From: Phoronis australis
Taxonomy: Eukaryota > Animalia > Phoronida
Reading direction: 5' to 3'
Assembly (NCBI GenBank): GCA_002633005.1
Contig: NMRA01000191.1
Span: forward strand, 62,001 to 126,000
DNA length: 64,000 nt
Shown here: piece by piece, positions 61,900 to 64,000 of the stretch
How positions within the stretch are numbered: the first letter of the stretch is position 1
Layout: the number at the start of each line of letters is the position of its first letter
The notes under the pieces: generated by a model
What the model was told of the DNA's origin: nothing
What the model saw: only the letters and a program-made list of their open reading frames with translations
Databases searched by the model: none
Position numbers and translations under genes: made by a program

Positions 61900-62321
61900 A
61901 GTCCTGTTTACACATAAACTTTTGGCCCGGAACAACTGACACGGAGCAACTTGATCGGTGTCAAGTGGCCGTTTACACATGCAATTTCATTAGCTGTGGC
62001 AAGACAGAAATTGTACACTGGAGAGTGTAATACACATGCGCAGGTTTTCAAATAGCGGGAGTTGCAGAGACAGAGACCCCGTATGTAGGTCATTGCTCAA
62101 GCGCAGTAGAGATGATCCTTGCCGCCTTGTCCCAGTTTCGTGTTTAGACATATAATTGACTCCGAGCAAGATGTTCGAGTGCAAATTGCCCCACCTCACA
62201 AACAGGTGGCAAAAGTTGTCACTGTAGTGTCAATTTGCTCTATGTCAGTCCCGTTTACACACTGGAACATCTCGTTCTGTGTCAGCTGATCCACGTCAAC
62301 TTTTGTAGTGTAAACGGCACT
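61900..62321. mobile_element. Harbinger-like MITE
   Basis: AGTCCTGTTTACAC / GTGTAAACGGCACT ends; internal copies of CCGTTTACACA. Confidence 0.5.
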
Positions 62322-64000
62322 ATTGTGATATGGTGTCAATACAACTGGCTGCTAATATCAAGTCTTGTTTGATGCATGTTGCATATTTTTGCACTTATGT
62401 ATTTTGCACATGGGACGGACCCAGTAATATTGCAACAGGTACAACTATAAACATCATTTGCTTTTGTGAAAAATAGTGTAAACAGTACTTTGCAAGTTAC
62501 AAATACATCGCATACATATTCTCATACAACATATGCCAAAGCTTATCAGACAAAACATTGCCTCGAATTTCCAGTCATCGTAGCCGAGCACAAGGGCAAC
62601 ACAACAGAGAAGCTGAAATGATCCATTATGGTCAGTCATTCTGCCATGATACAGGAACTTTTGGTGGGTAGAGTGTATTTGTGCCATTACCTTTTCCCAT
62701 CAGTGAGTAGTGCATTTTGTACAAATAATGCAACGCTGTTTATTGGTTGCTTTTCCTTTCAAAGCTACAATAAACATGGTGCAAAATAAAATGGCCCGAC
62801 ACTCACAGATATTTACTCATCCATATACAACTTTGTACGCTATCAATCAAAGCTACCAAACAAAAACAGTCATTTGCAACTTAAAAATATTTATTTTTAA
62901 AGCATTCATTTTTCTCATTTTTTCACAATTATATAATTATTTACTTATTTCTCCTTTTCCACTATGCATTCGAATAACAATAAAACGCACAAAATTAAAA
63001 CTGATTCAACCGGATCAAGAGATTTTACCCAAGTATAACAGAGGGCTGAGAGCACAAATAACACTGTACCCTTGAACCCGAGTTAGTCAGAATAAAGTGA
63101 AATTCTGACATGGGTAGGTAAGTTTTACTGCATTTCCCCCGTTAATGGAAGATTTTATATTCACCTGGTAGATGGTGCAAATGACTAAATATTTCTCTTT
63201 CAACACCTGAATAGACCGGGAGCCATTAGTTTGTCAGCACGTGACATGTGAACTCACAATGACTACCTGTCTGCACTCCAAGAGGGCGGCGTTCCACAAA
63301 GCACGTTTGTTGCTATAAATGAGATTTTGCATAAATTACAAGAGAAGCACATTGTCCCGCTAACTTTAAATGTGTGTGTTTTGCAATTTGGAATGCATAC
63401 CAGGTAGGGTTGTTGCCACTCTAGTGCTACTTAGTATACTTTTAAGTAGTCTGTTCAGTAAATTTTCATTTTCAATCGGTCCCTTTAATAGTTTCCACTG
63501 TCAAAGGCTCTCGCAAGACAAGCTCATCTTACTAGGGCCACTTCCCTGCCAGTCACCTACCCTCAACGAAATTTTGTTGTAATTTTAGATTTATTGGGCT
63601 AACCAAGTAGTTCTAGCAAAGCCTTAGCAAAATAAAAAAGCGAATTTAATTACGCAAATGTAGGCTCAAAAATAATATGTGAAAAAAGCTACCTTTTTGT
63701 GCCTTCACCGTGAGATCCCAGCACAAACAACAAAAGGCTGAAAACAGTTGTATTGAATAGGGGTCTAAATAGAACAATGTTGGGTGCGGGTGTTATTCGC
63801 AGCTGTTTGAATTAAAATGCGGTTCTTGCAGTGATGTAAACATGCAAGCCAATACGCCTAATATGTTACATTTGACAACTTATGGCACTATTGAGCTCAG
63901 AGTGATGCTCTTAAAATACTTTAGGAACCAAACTTACAGATGTTACCGTAGACAGGCTTGAAGAACATTGCTCCTGTTACTGTACACACCATATTCATCT

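Overview
Eukaryotic, intron-rich, probably invertebrate animal genomic DNA from a draft assembly (scattered single N's). Most of the supplied ORF track is spurious. Two + strand genes can be spliced by hand with GT-AG junctions and consistent phases. (1) G3BP/Rasputin: 9 coding exons, 11403-22809, 463 aa, with NTF2-like, acidic, Pro-rich, RRM and RGG regions. (2) A mitochondrial glutaminase with C-terminal ankyrin repeats: 15 coding exons, 28666-59325, 586 aa. G3BP introns carry two families of box C/D snoRNA candidates with 18S rRNA guides (U16/SNORD16-like and SNORD103-like), each in two paralogous copies. The glutaminase activation loop departs from the mammalian sequence at the phosphate/BPTES-response positions. 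Introns hold many non-autonomous transposons (THAP-bearing Kolobok-like, Helentron-associated HINE-like, 5-bp-TSD MITEs, Harbinger MITEs, a HIRAN-domain fragment) and minisatellites, one of them built from an exon end plus its splice donor; a LINE 3' end lies between the two genes. Three apparent tandem duplications meet at N's and look like uncollapsed haplotypes. All homology calls are from memory and by-eye comparison; no searches were run.
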